IMG/VR virus record: IMGVR_UViG_2706795432_000001
Location: 1 to 64,000 of that record
Origin: a virus
Lineage: Duplodnaviria; Caudoviricetes
Reading direction: 5' to 3' (one strand)
Length of the DNA: 64,000 nt
Positions 39,484 through 49,374 of this stretch are shown in pieces (the stretch's first letter is position 1; each line of letters starts with the position of its first letter). Below the pieces are notes generated by a model. That model was given only the letters and a program-made list of their open reading frames with translations, was not told where the DNA came from and did no database searches. Made by a program: the position numbers and the translations under genes.

Positions 39484-42095
39484 GCTGCTATGCCTTTCTC
39501 TTTCAGTTCAGCGAGGTGTTCACGGATCTTGTCTTTGATCGTGTTTTCATTCGCTGCATTGGGGATATCGAAACCATGGTTCCAGTTCGGATAGAAGATT
39601 TCTACTGAACCAGAGAGCTTCACTTCATCATGCCAGATCTCAGGATCATCCTGCCATGAGACTTCTTTGGGAAGTTCAGTGTTCAGGTACATCAGAGCAT
39701 CATACGCCCCGTCACGGACAAGGTAATATTGAGCATCATGGATGTGAGCACATGGTTTGATGTCGAGACGGTATTTGGAGCTTCTGACCTTCTTCATGAA
39801 GGCAGATGCAGCCCGTGAGTTGAGCATACAGTAGCTCTGACCCATGGCATTCCCTGCTGTCCGTCCTTCTGCTGCTGCTTCCTTGGGAGTTTTGTTGGTC
39901 CCGTAGATGGTCTGTGCAAGCAGAGGTGTACGAACACGCAGTCCGAAAGCCACTGTAATGTAGCCATCCTTGGTCGCTTGCTCCAGCTTCTCCTGCACAT
40001 ACTGTATCGAGACCTGATACATTTTCTTGTACTTGGACTCGATCATCTGAGCCTTCTCCTTACTGAAACCACAGTTGGACATCAGTGTGTGGAAAGTCCC
40101 CTGATAGGTGAGAGCAAAGGTTGGAGCCTTACTCTCCTGTCTCAGAGGCTTGTACTTCTTGGCAATCGAATTGATCGAATCCACAGAAGAAGGGTCGATA
40201 TCAGGCATCTGATCTCCGAAATACCCATAGGCCCGAAGTGAGTGACCATCATAGCCATCGGTGTAGACCTTGAGTTTCTCTGGATCCTTTGTCTGAAGTG
40301 CAGAGATCCTGTCTTCCAGTGAGTCAAAGTCCAGACCCACGAAAAGCCATCCGGGAGGAGCTTGGAAGCATTCCTTGATGAGCTTGGCGAGTCGAGATTT
40401 CAACGGTCCACCAGCAGAACTGGGGATGTTCTGGAGATTAGGATTGTTGGACGACAGGCGTCCACTGAGAGTCCCACCCAGACGGAAGTTACCGAATAGG
40501 TAATGCCACCCATCTGGCCCTTGGTGAGCCTTCAGGAAGGCAGGCAGGAAGGTACTGAGGATGATCGCAGAGGCTTTATACTCCAGCAAGATCTGAAGGA
40601 AGTCTTTGGTTTCCTCAGAAATATTCTGGTTCAGAAGTTTCTCCAGAGTCTCAGCACCTGTGGATGGAAGACCAGAGTCTGTCAGATCGAGAACTGGCAA
40701 ACCAAGGAACTCATTGGAATAGAGCAGTCTCTGAAGCTGTGGAGCAGATCCCGGATTGAATTCGATGATGAGATCTTTGGTTTTCCCAAGATCATCACGA
40801 GTGACAACCTTGGTTTTCAGCTTCTCGTTCTTCTTTTTGAGAGCATCCTCTTCCAATTGATACAGGAAACCCTGCACAATCTTGGTCTGTCCCATCTTCC
40901 AGACGTTGTGATCGGACTCAGCTTGAAGCTGTTTGTCCAGTTTCTTCACCTTGTCCATGTTCACTGGCAAGCCAGTCAACTGCATCTGAATGATGTCTAC
41001 CACCCATGCTTTGAAGTGCTGGTAGGTCTCATCCTGAAGATCATCCAACATGGTCTGATAGTGCTTGTTATACACGAACCATGTGGAAAGACCGTCAACG
41101 AGGTTGTATTCCAGCAGCTTGGGAAGTTCGATCTGGGTAATGTCATGGATCTCTTCCACAGCATAGTTCCCAGCAAACTCCTGAGCCTGAACCTTGAGAC
41201 CCAACTCATTTCCTGCACAGGAATTGGTGGCGAGATAGGTGATGATCTGGGTGCATTCCCAGTTCTTCAGCATGACTTCCAGACCTTCAAGAAGACCTTC
41301 TTGGTCAAGGATGTGATCCATGAACAACTGGTACACGAGCACATAGGCATCGTAACAGATGTTGTGATAGATCATCCGTCGCTTGAAGCGTCTGAAGAAG
41401 TTCTTCAGAGCCATGCGAATGACAGGATCTTCTGCTTTGGTTCGAGTGTTGTCCACCTCGAAGGCAACACCATTATGCTCATCCCAGCAGAAGGTGATGG
41501 TTCCAATCCCTGCATCGTAGTGCTTCAGAGAGAAGCCCTCGATATCACAGGTGAGGTCCACATCCATGTCGATCAGCTTGTCCAGCCAAGCGAGTTTCTC
41601 GCTTACCGTAGATGGATACGTGGCTGAATGGATGATATCAGATCCGACTTTCTTGTGGGTTCCTTGGTAGAACCCATGAACGGCACCCAAGGCTTGTTGA
41701 ATTTTGGCCTTGGTTTTGTCCGGGTCGTGGAAAATACGGGAGTAGTGGGGGAGGTACGTGACTTTGAACCCACCCACCGAATCAAAGATGTCACCAATGT
41801 TCGCATCGGTTTTCCCCTGTTTGCTGAGGACTTTGAAGTAGTCTGCCTGTGCGACTACCAGCATCTCAATCCCACTGTTGATGAGATTGGGGAGGAGATC
41901 ATCGAGATACTCTTTGATCTCTGTGTTGCTGGTCTTCTTCTTCTTTCGATTGAGGTAGAGATCACAGATCATGATCTCTTCTTTCAGGTTCGAAAGCATC
42001 GGCATGTAATGTTTGATCACCTCATTTTTCTGGATACGGGGAACCAAGATAGCAATCCGAGCAGGACTACCTTTGCCAATGATTTCGTAATTCAT
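39480..42095 (-). CDS. Family A DNA polymerase (N4 gp39-like)
   Basis: 871 aa; exonuclease CDIEG and HNICYD; polymerase DFDSLE, RQESKAPTFALTYQG, HIHDA. Confidence 0.95.
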   Translation of the reverse strand: MNYEIIGKGSPARIAILVPRIQKNEVIKHYMPMLSNLKEEIMICDLYLNRKKKKTSNTEIKEYLDDLLPNLINSGIEMLVVAQADYFKVLSKQGKTDANIGDIFDSVGGFKVTYLPHYSRIFHDPDKTKAKIQQALGAVHGFYQGTHKKVGSDIIHSATYPSTVSEKLAWLDKLIDMDVDLTCDIEGFSLKHYDAGIGTITFCWDEHNGVAFEVDNTRTKAEDPVIRMALKNFFRRFKRRMIYHNICYDAYVLVYQLFMDHILDQEGLLEGLEVMLKNWECTQIITYLATNSCAGNELGLKVQAQEFAGNYAVEEIHDITQIELPKLLEYNLVDGLSTWFVYNKHYQTMLDDLQDETYQHFKAWVVDIIQMQLTGLPVNMDKVKKLDKQLQAESDHNVWKMGQTKIVQGFLYQLEEDALKKKNEKLKTKVVTRDDLGKTKDLIIEFNPGSAPQLQRLLYSNEFLGLPVLDLTDSGLPSTGAETLEKLLNQNISEETKDFLQILLEYKASAIILSTFLPAFLKAHQGPDGWHYLFGNFRLGGTLSGRLSSNNPNLQNIPSSAGGPLKSRLAKLIKECFQAPPGWLFVGLDFDSLEDRISALQTKDPEKLKVYTDGYDGHSLRAYGYFGDQMPDIDPSSVDSINSIAKKYKPLRQESKAPTFALTYQGTFHTLMSNCGFSKEKAQMIESKYKKMYQVSIQYVQEKLEQATKDGYITVAFGLRVRTPLLAQTIYGTNKTPKEAAAEGRTAGNAMGQSYCMLNSRAASAFMKKVRSSKYRLDIKPCAHIHDAQYYLVRDGAYDALMYLNTELPKEVSWQDDPEIWHDEVKLSGSVEIFYPNWNHGFDIPNAANENTIKDKIREHLAELKEKGIAA

Positions 42096-42098
42096 GAT

Positions 42099-42428
42099 TT
42101 ACCTCATGTCTTCTGGCCTCTTCGAGAAGAACAGAGTTTCCTCTGGTCCCTCAATCGAGAAGGACTGTTGGTGTAGTCCGTTCATGAGATCCATGGCAAG
42201 TGAAAATGCCAGATCTTTCAAAGAAACAGGGTCTTTTGGGAATCTGGCATAGTTGATGAGAGTCACCACAAACCCAGCTTCTTCCCCACCTGTATAGATG
42301 TAGTTGGCTGGGCTGATGGAGACACACATCCCTTGTTCACAGAATGTTCGACAGATCTCTTCAGCGTTGGCGTAGTTTCCTGCCATCCAGATTCGCTGAG
42401 TGTAGGACTTAGCTGCTTTGCTTCGCAT
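42099..42428 (-). CDS. Small conserved-looking phage protein (YIYTGGEEAG motif)
   Basis: 109 aa from ATG 42428 with AAGGA RBS. Confidence 0.7.
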   Translation of the reverse strand: MRSKAAKSYTQRIWMAGNYANAEEICRTFCEQGMCVSISPANYIYTGGEEAGFVVTLINYARFPKDPVSLKDLAFSLAMDLMNGLHQQSFSIEGPEETLFFSKRPEDMR

Positions 42429-42714
42429 CGAGATATTCCTTGATCGCTTCTTCTGCGACCTCATGGAGACCAGCCCCACCATTGTACCAGTAACCGATGA
42501 ACATGAGTTCCTGCTGTGGTTCGATGATGGTCTGGAAACCATAAGCATCGACATCTTTCAGATGGTCGATACACCAGAGTTCGTCGTTGACCTTGACGAT
42601 GGCAGAATGACCAAGCTCTTTCTCAAGCTCGTAAAAGTCATCTGTATCCTCTGGTTCGATGTCGGGTCCGACATAGCGTTTGGCTGTGCCGATGAACATT
42701 TCCATTTCACTCAT
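42409..42714 (-). CDS. Hypothetical protein
   Basis: 101 aa; ATGA overlap with the helicase stop. Confidence 0.7.
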   Translation of the reverse strand: MSEMEMFIGTAKRYVGPDIEPEDTDDFYELEKELGHSAIVKVNDELWCIDHLKDVDAYGFQTIIEPQQELMFIGYWYNGGAGLHEVAEEAIKEYLDAKQSS

Positions 42715-43988
42715 TGGAAGAACCTTTCTGGGAGTTTGCCTCGGATGTAGAGGCGGTTTTTGGGACGTGTCAGAGCCACGTACTGAAGACGTGCAGCCAT
42801 TTCAGGCTGGGTACACTTCCCGATGTCTGCCAAATCAACCACCACCTCATCATAGGTGGAACCCTGTGCTTTGTGAGTGGTGCTGGCTGCGACTGACCGG
42901 AGATCTGGATGGTTGTCACGGAACTTGAAGAACCGATCCCACTTCTTCCGAGACTTCCAGTAGGACAAGACTTTCTGACGATCTTCAGGATCTGCACAGA
43001 CTGTCACATCATAGATGGCGAATGTCTCAGGATCCCGAACAGTCAGGTCGATCATGTCGATGATGTGTCCGGGGACGATCTGATCATTCTCATACTCGTC
43101 ACCTCGTTGAAGCACCTCTACGACCTGATCGGTGTAGAGACGACTCTTGTCCACCAGTTCTGCTGAAGAGTTGTTGGTAAGCATCTCACCCACCTCATAG
43201 AACTGATTGTAACCACGAAGCTCACGAACATAGAGATTGTAGTCGATCACTCGGCTGTTGGTGTAGCAAAGGATTCGACGATTCGGATCTTCTTTGTGGA
43301 AGTCCCGTTCCAGAATCCCTTTCAATTGGTTCCCGGTTACGAAGTCAATCACACCCGGAACCTCGTTGATCTCGAAGAATTCACCAGTCAGCACAGTCTG
43401 TTTGGCCATCTCTGCCAGATCCATCAGAGCTTGTTGGTTCTTCTGACGGACAGGCTGGAGGAGAAGACTCTCACTGTGGGTCTGAGAATAGACTGGAGAG
43501 ATGTTTTCTTTGACAGGGGCCAACTGGTTTTTATCCCCTACAAACAACACCTTACAGTTCGAAGTTGTACCTTTGTCGATGTAATCGAACAGGGTTTTGT
43601 TGACCATGGATGCTTCATCCACGATGATCAGAACTGCATCATGGACTTCCCACTTTGCAGTAGGGACGATGCGTTGTTCACCTGTGGTAAAGTCATTATG
43701 AACCCGAAGATTCATGAAGCTGTAGATGGTCTGAATATCACCACGACGATGCTGCATGGAGTTCTTGAGAACTGCTGCTGCTTTATTGGTCGTCGCTGTG
43801 ATAGCCACATTGTACAGCTTTACGTCAGGGTTTTTGTGTTTCAGGATGTCATCTGCCACTTTGGAGATGAAGAAACTCTTGCCTGTACCAGCACCACCGG
43901 AGACCCGGTGTACCTTGCGGAGTGGGTCATTGATGAACTGGAGTACGTCGGCAAACGCCTTTCTCTGTTCGTCGTTTAGGCTCGCCAT
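42711..43988 (-). CDS. SF1 (Dda/RecD-like) DNA helicase (N4 gp37-like)
   Basis: 425 aa; GGAGTGKS, IVDEASM, GDKNQL, TTHKAQGST, YVALTR. Confidence 0.93.
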   Translation of the reverse strand: MASLNDEQRKAFADVLQFINDPLRKVHRVSGGAGTGKSFFISKVADDILKHKNPDVKLYNVAITATTNKAAAVLKNSMQHRRGDIQTIYSFMNLRVHNDFTTGEQRIVPTAKWEVHDAVLIIVDEASMVNKTLFDYIDKGTTSNCKVLFVGDKNQLAPVKENISPVYSQTHSESLLLQPVRQKNQQALMDLAEMAKQTVLTGEFFEINEVPGVIDFVTGNQLKGILERDFHKEDPNRRILCYTNSRVIDYNLYVRELRGYNQFYEVGEMLTNNSSAELVDKSRLYTDQVVEVLQRGDEYENDQIVPGHIIDMIDLTVRDPETFAIYDVTVCADPEDRQKVLSYWKSRKKWDRFFKFRDNHPDLRSVAASTTHKAQGSTYDEVVVDLADIGKCTQPEMAARLQYVALTRPKNRLYIRGKLPERFFQ

Positions 43989-44335
43989 TGTTCCAGATAC
44001 CTTTCGTTGTTCAGTGACATTTCTTGGATGGTTCGTTGCTCCAAGTCATTCGTATTGTCAGGATGAATCTCAGGGTGAATCATATAGACCCCACGGAATC
44101 CTCGAAGATTTTGCTCATGCACCATGTTGAGGGCATAACACTGAATCTGAAGACGGTCGGGACCATAAACCAAAGCAAGAGAGTGTCTGCTGGCTTTGGA
44201 GAAATTCTCTACGTGCCATAGATCACAGACACGATGGAAAAGGTGAGTGGCATGATCTCGATTCCAGCATACAAGTCGCATGTTGATGCCTTTGTTCAAG
44301 CCATTCATCACATTGGGATAGCTGATTTCGATCAT
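43976..44335 (-). CDS. Hypothetical protein
   Basis: 119 aa; AGGT RBS; overlaps the helicase start. Confidence 0.65.
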   Translation of the reverse strand: MIEISYPNVMNGLNKGINMRLVCWNRDHATHLFHRVCDLWHVENFSKASRHSLALVYGPDRLQIQCYALNMVHEQNLRGFRGVYMIHPEIHPDNTNDLEQRTIQEMSLNNERYLEQWRA

Positions 44336-44351
44336 GGTTCACCTGTTGAAT

Positions 44352-44385
44352 AAAAAACCCCCCACCTCCGAAGAGATGAGGGGTT
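44352..44385 (-). terminator. Terminator after nrdJ
   Basis: CCCCTCATCTC-TTCG-GAGGTGGGG followed by a T run. Confidence 0.75.
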
Positions 44386-44400
44386 CTGGAGCAGTGGACT

Positions 44401-46740
44401 TTAGCCACATTTACTGTAGCCGCAGTCCTGACAGGTCGGGCATCCAGAGGTATCTACCATACTGTAACCTTTGCAGCTTGGGCATTGATCTGGCACATGG
44501 CCAGTATCTGGCGACTGCTTGGCATCTTCCTCTTCCTCGATGAGAGAGGTGGTCACAGGGAATGGTAGACTCTCAGGGGTCGATTGATACCCGATCAAGT
44601 CGAGATGCTCTGACAGCTTTTGGCCAATCAGAGCAACCAAAGAAGGACAGTAGCGACTGTCCACCCATTGTCCCCCTTTGGGGTCATGGATCTGCTTGAG
44701 TTCTTCAGCCACAAACCGAACATCTCCACCACGTTGGAATACTGCACTGACCATACGGGTCAAAGCCATAGTCCATTGATGGTGTTCGACATTCTTGCTG
44801 TTGATGAAGATCTCGAACGGCATGAACCAATCATGTTCTGGGTCCACGACATTGTTGAAGGTGACATAGTAGCTGTCCTTACCCCAACGACACTTGTAGG
44901 TAGAGCCGTCAGTGACTGCTGGACGAGCCATCACCCGCATATCGCCGTCATATTCTTTGTCCACGATTTCCGGTTCTGGTTCTTTGGTTTCAACGCTGAG
45001 GACGGATCCTGTCACGTCGTTTGGCCGATAGGTTGTGCAACCTTTACAGCCAGTTTCAAAGGCATGGTCATAGACCGCCTTGAAGTCTTCGAAGGAGATG
45101 TCTTCCGGAAGGTTGACAGTCTTGGAGATGGACGAGTCCACCCACTTCTGGAGAACAGCCTGCATAACGATGTGATCACGAGGAGTCAGATCCTGTGCAG
45201 TCGCCATGTAGTTTTCCCACCACCAGATGGCGTGGTCTCCCATTTCAGGGAAGGTCTCTTCGAATTTCAGAACAGCGTAGTCATACACTGTCTCTTCTCG
45301 CTTGGTTCCGTCATCATTGGTGACTTTCCGTTGATAGGACGGAGCGAAGATCGGCTCACCACCGGAACTGACATTGCCAGCATACATGCTGATGGTTCCC
45401 GTAGGAGCCACCGACAGCAGGTGAGAGTTACGAATACCCCATTCAAGAATGTCATCCTTGATGTATTCAGGCATTCGCTGCATGAAACCAGATTGAATGA
45501 ACTTCTCTCGGGCCTCAAGACTTTGGAGAGCAGGTGCTGGACCCATCTCCTTTGCCATCTGAATGGACTCTTCATAAGCCCAGATAGCAATGTTCCGCAT
45601 GATCGTTTCGGTGAAATCGACAGCTTCCTCACTGCCATACTTCTGACCACACATGAACAAGGCATCAGCCAATCCGGTCACACCCAAGCCTTGGCGACGC
45701 TTGAAGCGTGCTTCGTCTCGTTGTGCTTCCAGAGGGAAGAGGCTGGTTTCAACCACACTGTCCAGAATACGAACACCAGTCCGTACTGATTCTTCCAGCG
45801 CATTCATGTTCATCTCTGCCTGTCCTTTGACGAACGGGAAGACGACATGCTTTGCCAGATTCACTGAACCAAGCAGACAGGCACCATACGGAGGCAGAGG
45901 CTGCTCACCACATGGATTCGTTGCTGCAATGGTTTCAAGGAACCAGAGATTGTTCTCCTTGTTGATGCGATCAATGAAGATCACACCGGGTTCAGCGTAG
46001 TTGTAGGTGTTCCATAGAATCGCTTCCCAGAGATCCTTTGCTTTGATGGTGTCGTAGACCTTACCATCGAACATCAGATCCCAGTCAGAATCATGAGCCA
46101 CCGCTTCCATGAACTCATCAGTACAGAGCACTGACACGTTGAAGTTACGAAGACGCAGAGGATCCTGCTTGGCTTGGACGAATTCCATGATGTCCGGATG
46201 GTCACACCGCATGGTGGCCATCATAGCACCCCGTCGGCTGCCTGCTGACATGATGGTTTTGCACATCGAGTCCCAGACATCCATGAATGTGAGAGGACCG
46301 CTGGAGAAGCTCTCCACGCCCTTCACAGGTGCTCCCTTCGGACGAAGGGTACTGAAGTCATAACCAATCCCACCGCCTTGCTGCATCGTGAGAGCAGCTT
46401 CCTTGAGCATATCGAAGATACCATCAAGGCTGTCAGGGATGGTTCCCATGACATAGCAGTTGAACAAGGTCACGTTGCGTCCCGTACCTGCACCGGAATT
46501 AATCCGTCCTGCTGGTAGGAACTTGAAATCATACAGGGCTTTGAAGAACCGTTGTTCAAGAGCTTCTCGCTCTGCATGATTGTTGTGGAGATAAGGAAGA
46601 TCTGCACAGGCAGATGCAATCCGACTCCACGTATCAACCACATCTTGATCAGAGTCGAAACCTTCACGATCCGTTTTGAAACGGTACTTCTGGTTCCAGA
46701 TCTGCTCGCTGATGGGTTGAGGAAAATGCGCTTCACTCAT
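44401..46740 (-). CDS. nrdJ: Class II (adenosylcobalamin-dependent) ribonucleotide reductase
   Basis: 779 aa; FLPAGRI, FNCYV, TNPCGEQPL, VAPTGTIS, KGCTTYR; C-terminal TSCPD-like region and Zn ribbon; no nrdB seen. Confidence 0.92.
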   Translation of the reverse strand: MSEAHFPQPISEQIWNQKYRFKTDREGFDSDQDVVDTWSRIASACADLPYLHNNHAEREALEQRFFKALYDFKFLPAGRINSGAGTGRNVTLFNCYVMGTIPDSLDGIFDMLKEAALTMQQGGGIGYDFSTLRPKGAPVKGVESFSSGPLTFMDVWDSMCKTIMSAGSRRGAMMATMRCDHPDIMEFVQAKQDPLRLRNFNVSVLCTDEFMEAVAHDSDWDLMFDGKVYDTIKAKDLWEAILWNTYNYAEPGVIFIDRINKENNLWFLETIAATNPCGEQPLPPYGACLLGSVNLAKHVVFPFVKGQAEMNMNALEESVRTGVRILDSVVETSLFPLEAQRDEARFKRRQGLGVTGLADALFMCGQKYGSEEAVDFTETIMRNIAIWAYEESIQMAKEMGPAPALQSLEAREKFIQSGFMQRMPEYIKDDILEWGIRNSHLLSVAPTGTISMYAGNVSSGGEPIFAPSYQRKVTNDDGTKREETVYDYAVLKFEETFPEMGDHAIWWWENYMATAQDLTPRDHIVMQAVLQKWVDSSISKTVNLPEDISFEDFKAVYDHAFETGCKGCTTYRPNDVTGSVLSVETKEPEPEIVDKEYDGDMRVMARPAVTDGSTYKCRWGKDSYYVTFNNVVDPEHDWFMPFEIFINSKNVEHHQWTMALTRMVSAVFQRGGDVRFVAEELKQIHDPKGGQWVDSRYCPSLVALIGQKLSEHLDLIGYQSTPESLPFPVTTSLIEEEEDAKQSPDTGHVPDQCPSCKGYSMVDTSGCPTCQDCGYSKCG

Positions 46741-46812
46741 AGTCTGACCTCTTGGTTGTGGTGATAAGAAGACCTTGGTCGTACCAATGTCGTTTTAGAG
46801 GAGCAAGCACAT

Positions 46813-47169
46813 TTAGTTATTGTATGAACCTCCGCCACCATGAGTGGTCTTTTTGTTCATTTCTTCCAACGCCTTGAACTCATCCTCGGACAAAGCGTTC
46901 GTAGTACCACCCATCAAACCAACTCCGTAGCTCAGGCCCAGTTGGAAAGAGGCTCGTTCTTGAGGAGTCGGGAAGATCATTGGTTCGATGTCGTCGTCCA
47001 AGGAGGTTTTCACATTGAAGCTGAACTCCCCAAGAGGGTAGATCACAATGTCCCCAGTTGCGTTTGGAATATCCTGCATCGAGTCGATGTAGTTCACCAA
47101 GTTTTGGACTTCCGGAGGACCAAACCACTTGAAGATCTTCCAGCGGATTCCCGATTTCGATTGACTCAT
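46813..47169 (-). CDS. Hypothetical protein
   Basis: 118 aa; AGGA RBS; ATGA overlap with the upstream gene. Confidence 0.7.
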   Translation of the reverse strand: MSQSKSGIRWKIFKWFGPPEVQNLVNYIDSMQDIPNATGDIVIYPLGEFSFNVKTSLDDDIEPMIFPTPQERASFQLGLSYGVGLMGGTTNALSEDEFKALEEMNKKTTHGGGGSYNN

Positions 47170-47714
47170 GTGCCTGTTCCTTCTGCTGTGGCAAAGATAA
47201 AATCACTGATGTAGTCATCATCATGACATCCAAAGTTGAGGATGGGTATCTGGTGGTCTTCAGCAATTCGGAGAGCTTGTCCAGTACCACCTGTGATTTT
47301 ACCTCCCGGTGTCCAGCAGAGGACGAAGGCGACGGGATCATCGAGTCGAGGACCAAGGATTTGGTAGCAGTTCCGAGCATGGAAATCGCGTCCAGCGCAT
47401 GAGAGGATATCCCATCGTGGATGATACTTTTTGGCGAGAAGCCTCGCAGCTTTATCCGATCCGAAGAGTGGTGATTCGTTCTTCCGGAACTGCTTCCATG
47501 GGAGATAAATTTCCCGAAGAACATCTGCTGATACAGAGTTTGTTTGGCAGAAGCTCTCAACGCCTTGCTCAAAGGACTCGTCGGCACCTTCAGCGCCTCC
47601 AGACCGAAGGATGAAACCGAGTCCTGCCATTGCCCTGCCCGCCGCAAACATCTTTCTGCATACGTCTTCGGGCGTCTTTCTCGATCCGATTCCGGCATAT
47701 TTAATCGTGCTCAC
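47166..47714 (-). CDS. SLOG-superfamily (DprA/Smf-like) protein
   Basis: 182 aa; KYAGIGSR, LRSGGAEGAD, LPW and GGTGQAL typical of SLOG folds. Confidence 0.75.
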   Translation of the reverse strand: MSTIKYAGIGSRKTPEDVCRKMFAAGRAMAGLGFILRSGGAEGADESFEQGVESFCQTNSVSADVLREIYLPWKQFRKNESPLFGSDKAARLLAKKYHPRWDILSCAGRDFHARNCYQILGPRLDDPVAFVLCWTPGGKITGGTGQALRIAEDHQIPILNFGCHDDDYISDFIFATAEGTGT

Positions 47715-47994
47715 GAAGCAACGCCTCCTTGTGTGCTGGGAGAAGATCTTCCATCACATATTCAGGGGGATGGAAGAGTTCCTTCATTTCATTCAGGGTG
47801 CAACGAATGAGGTTTCCCGCATCTGTCACAACCAAGAAAGTAGGGTCGGGATTCAGGGAAGTGACACCACCCACTGTGACAGCATTGCCAGTAGCACGGC
47901 CATCTCTGGTGGGAAGTGCAGCATTCGGGAGAGTGTAATCACCATGAGCCAGACCTTTGGCCCAATAAGGGAGAAGAATTTGATCATCGCTCAT
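47701..47994 (-). CDS. Hypothetical protein
   Basis: 97 aa from ATG 47994 (ATGA-coupled to the macrodomain gene). Confidence 0.7.
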   Translation of the reverse strand: MSDDQILLPYWAKGLAHGDYTLPNAALPTRDGRATGNAVTVGGVTSLNPDPTFLVVTDAGNLIRCTLNEMKELFHPPEYVMEDLLPAHKEALLREHD

Positions 47995-48425
47995 AGGATG
48001 CTCCGTGTGTTGAGTCGGGGATCTCTGGGGACAGTACCCCAATACTGAAAGCGATCTCCCAACAGAGGTTTCCATTCTTCATCAAAGAAGCAGTTGTCAG
48101 GGGCTGCTTCAAAGAGAGGTGCGATCTCTTCTGGTTTGAAACCACCAAGACCACAACCAACCTGAGTGACTTTGAACTGAGCACCACGAGCGTACCAGTA
48201 TTCAGCACACTCGATAAATCGGGTGACAGAATGAGCCACTTCAGAAAGAGGGATGAATTCGATCTTCCATCCCTTGGTTGGCAGAGCATAGCACATGGGA
48301 TTGTCTTTGCTTCCACCAGTGAGACCCTCACCGATACCCCATTGAGCACCCAGTACCTTGTGAGCATACTTGGCTGCACCAGCACCGTGGATACCTGCTT
48401 TGTTGGATCCAAAAACGAAGATCAT
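47991..48425 (-). CDS. Macrodomain-like protein
   Basis: 144 aa from ATG 48425; IFVFGSN.AG.HGAGAA, YALPTK and VTQVGCGLGG macro-type loops. Confidence 0.7.
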   Translation of the reverse strand: MIFVFGSNKAGIHGAGAAKYAHKVLGAQWGIGEGLTGGSKDNPMCYALPTKGWKIEFIPLSEVAHSVTRFIECAEYWYARGAQFKVTQVGCGLGGFKPEEIAPLFEAAPDNCFFDEEWKPLLGDRFQYWGTVPRDPRLNTRSIL

Positions 48426-48625
48426 AGGTAGGTCACTCCCATGTAGATCAACCATCCGATTGCCATCGGAGTGAAGACGATTGCAGGCCATTCCACAGTG
48501 ATGTTCATGCCCCGGAGGCGATTCCAGTTCACGGTGATCCAGATGAGACCACCAATGAAAAAGAGCAACCAGAATACTGAGAGACTGGTAGCGATGATGG
48601 TGACGGCAAGTTCAAGATTTGTCAT
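48422..48625 (-). CDS. Small two-TM membrane protein
   Basis: 67 aa; two hydrophobic segments. Confidence 0.7.
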   Translation of the reverse strand: MTNLELAVTIIATSLSVFWLLFFIGGLIWITVNWNRLRGMNITVEWPAIVFTPMAIGWLIYMGVTYL

Positions 48626-48911
48626 CTTTGAGTTCCTTTACCATGTCCTGCACCTGACGATCTGTCATCGGTGCAATTTTCCCCATGGTTTCCATGAGAT
48701 CGAGATTGATCAGGTCTTCGAGTGAAGCCGAAGTACCTTCGATCTGATAGTCAGGATCTGGGATCCGTGCCAGAAGCTCATCGAGCTTGTGATTCATAGA
48801 GCGTTCAGCTATCTGAATCTGCACAGCATGAAAGACCTGAGCCACCAAACCAAGAACAACGAGTCCTACGAGGATGGCTCCTGTGAGCATGATTGATTCT
48901 GCGTATGCCAT
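48612..48911 (-). CDS. Membrane-anchored hypothetical protein
   Basis: 99 aa; N-terminal TM segment; GGAG RBS. Confidence 0.7.
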   Translation of the reverse strand: MAYAESIMLTGAILVGLVVLGLVAQVFHAVQIQIAERSMNHKLDELLARIPDPDYQIEGTSASLEDLINLDLMETMGKIAPMTDRQVQDMVKELKDDKS

Positions 48912-49222
48912 TTGGCTCTCCGTTTCTGGTTCTGTTTGTGAGTCACCATCTCTAGGTGATCCGGGTTACAACACAAGCGATTACGGCACTTGTGGTCGAT
49001 TTGTTTCTTACTTGGCACATAGCCATAGAAGTTCACGAACATGGTAATGTGTGTGGCCACTGTCTGTCCATCCAGACACATTCGACCATATCCACCACCT
49101 CTACCATTACCGCTGGTCGGACCTGTCCAGTTCCAGCAGCCAGTATCCTTGTCGATTTTCACACGTTTCATGATCTTATCGAATATGGCTTGGCGTCGGT
49201 CTGTGACGGTTGAAAGTTTCAC
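48866..49222 (-). CDS. HNH endonuclease
   Basis: 118 aa; GCWNWTG, GYG, IDHKCRNRLCCNPDHL. Confidence 0.88.
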   Translation of the reverse strand: MKLSTVTDRRQAIFDKIMKRVKIDKDTGCWNWTGPTSGNGRGGGYGRMCLDGQTVATHITMFVNFYGYVPSKKQIDHKCRNRLCCNPDHLEMVTHKQNQKRRAKWHTQNQSCSQEPSS

Positions 49223-49285
49223 GGTCTCTACTCCAATTTCATTTTCGCGGCGGAACTCGCGTCATGTAGAACAAAAAGTGAACAT

Positions 49286-49369
49286 GGACTTACTTTGAAA
49301 GTAGTGGTGAAATTAACCTCCCAGAGTGGGGTTTTAAGGCGAAAATCACCACTACTCGAAAGTAAGTCC
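49286..49369. repeat. Long imperfect inverted repeat
   Basis: Arms GGACTTACTTTGAAAGTAGTGGTGA and TCACCACTACTCGAAAGTAAGTCC. Confidence 0.85.
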
Positions 49370-49374
49370 CAGAC

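Noticed and set aside
39480-46740. Inteins or introns in the polymerase, helicase or nrdJ
   Set aside because: Normal lengths, continuous frames and no splicing motifs seen
46741-46812. Cobalamin riboswitch upstream of nrdJ
   Set aside because: Only about 70 nt available and no B12-box motifs seen
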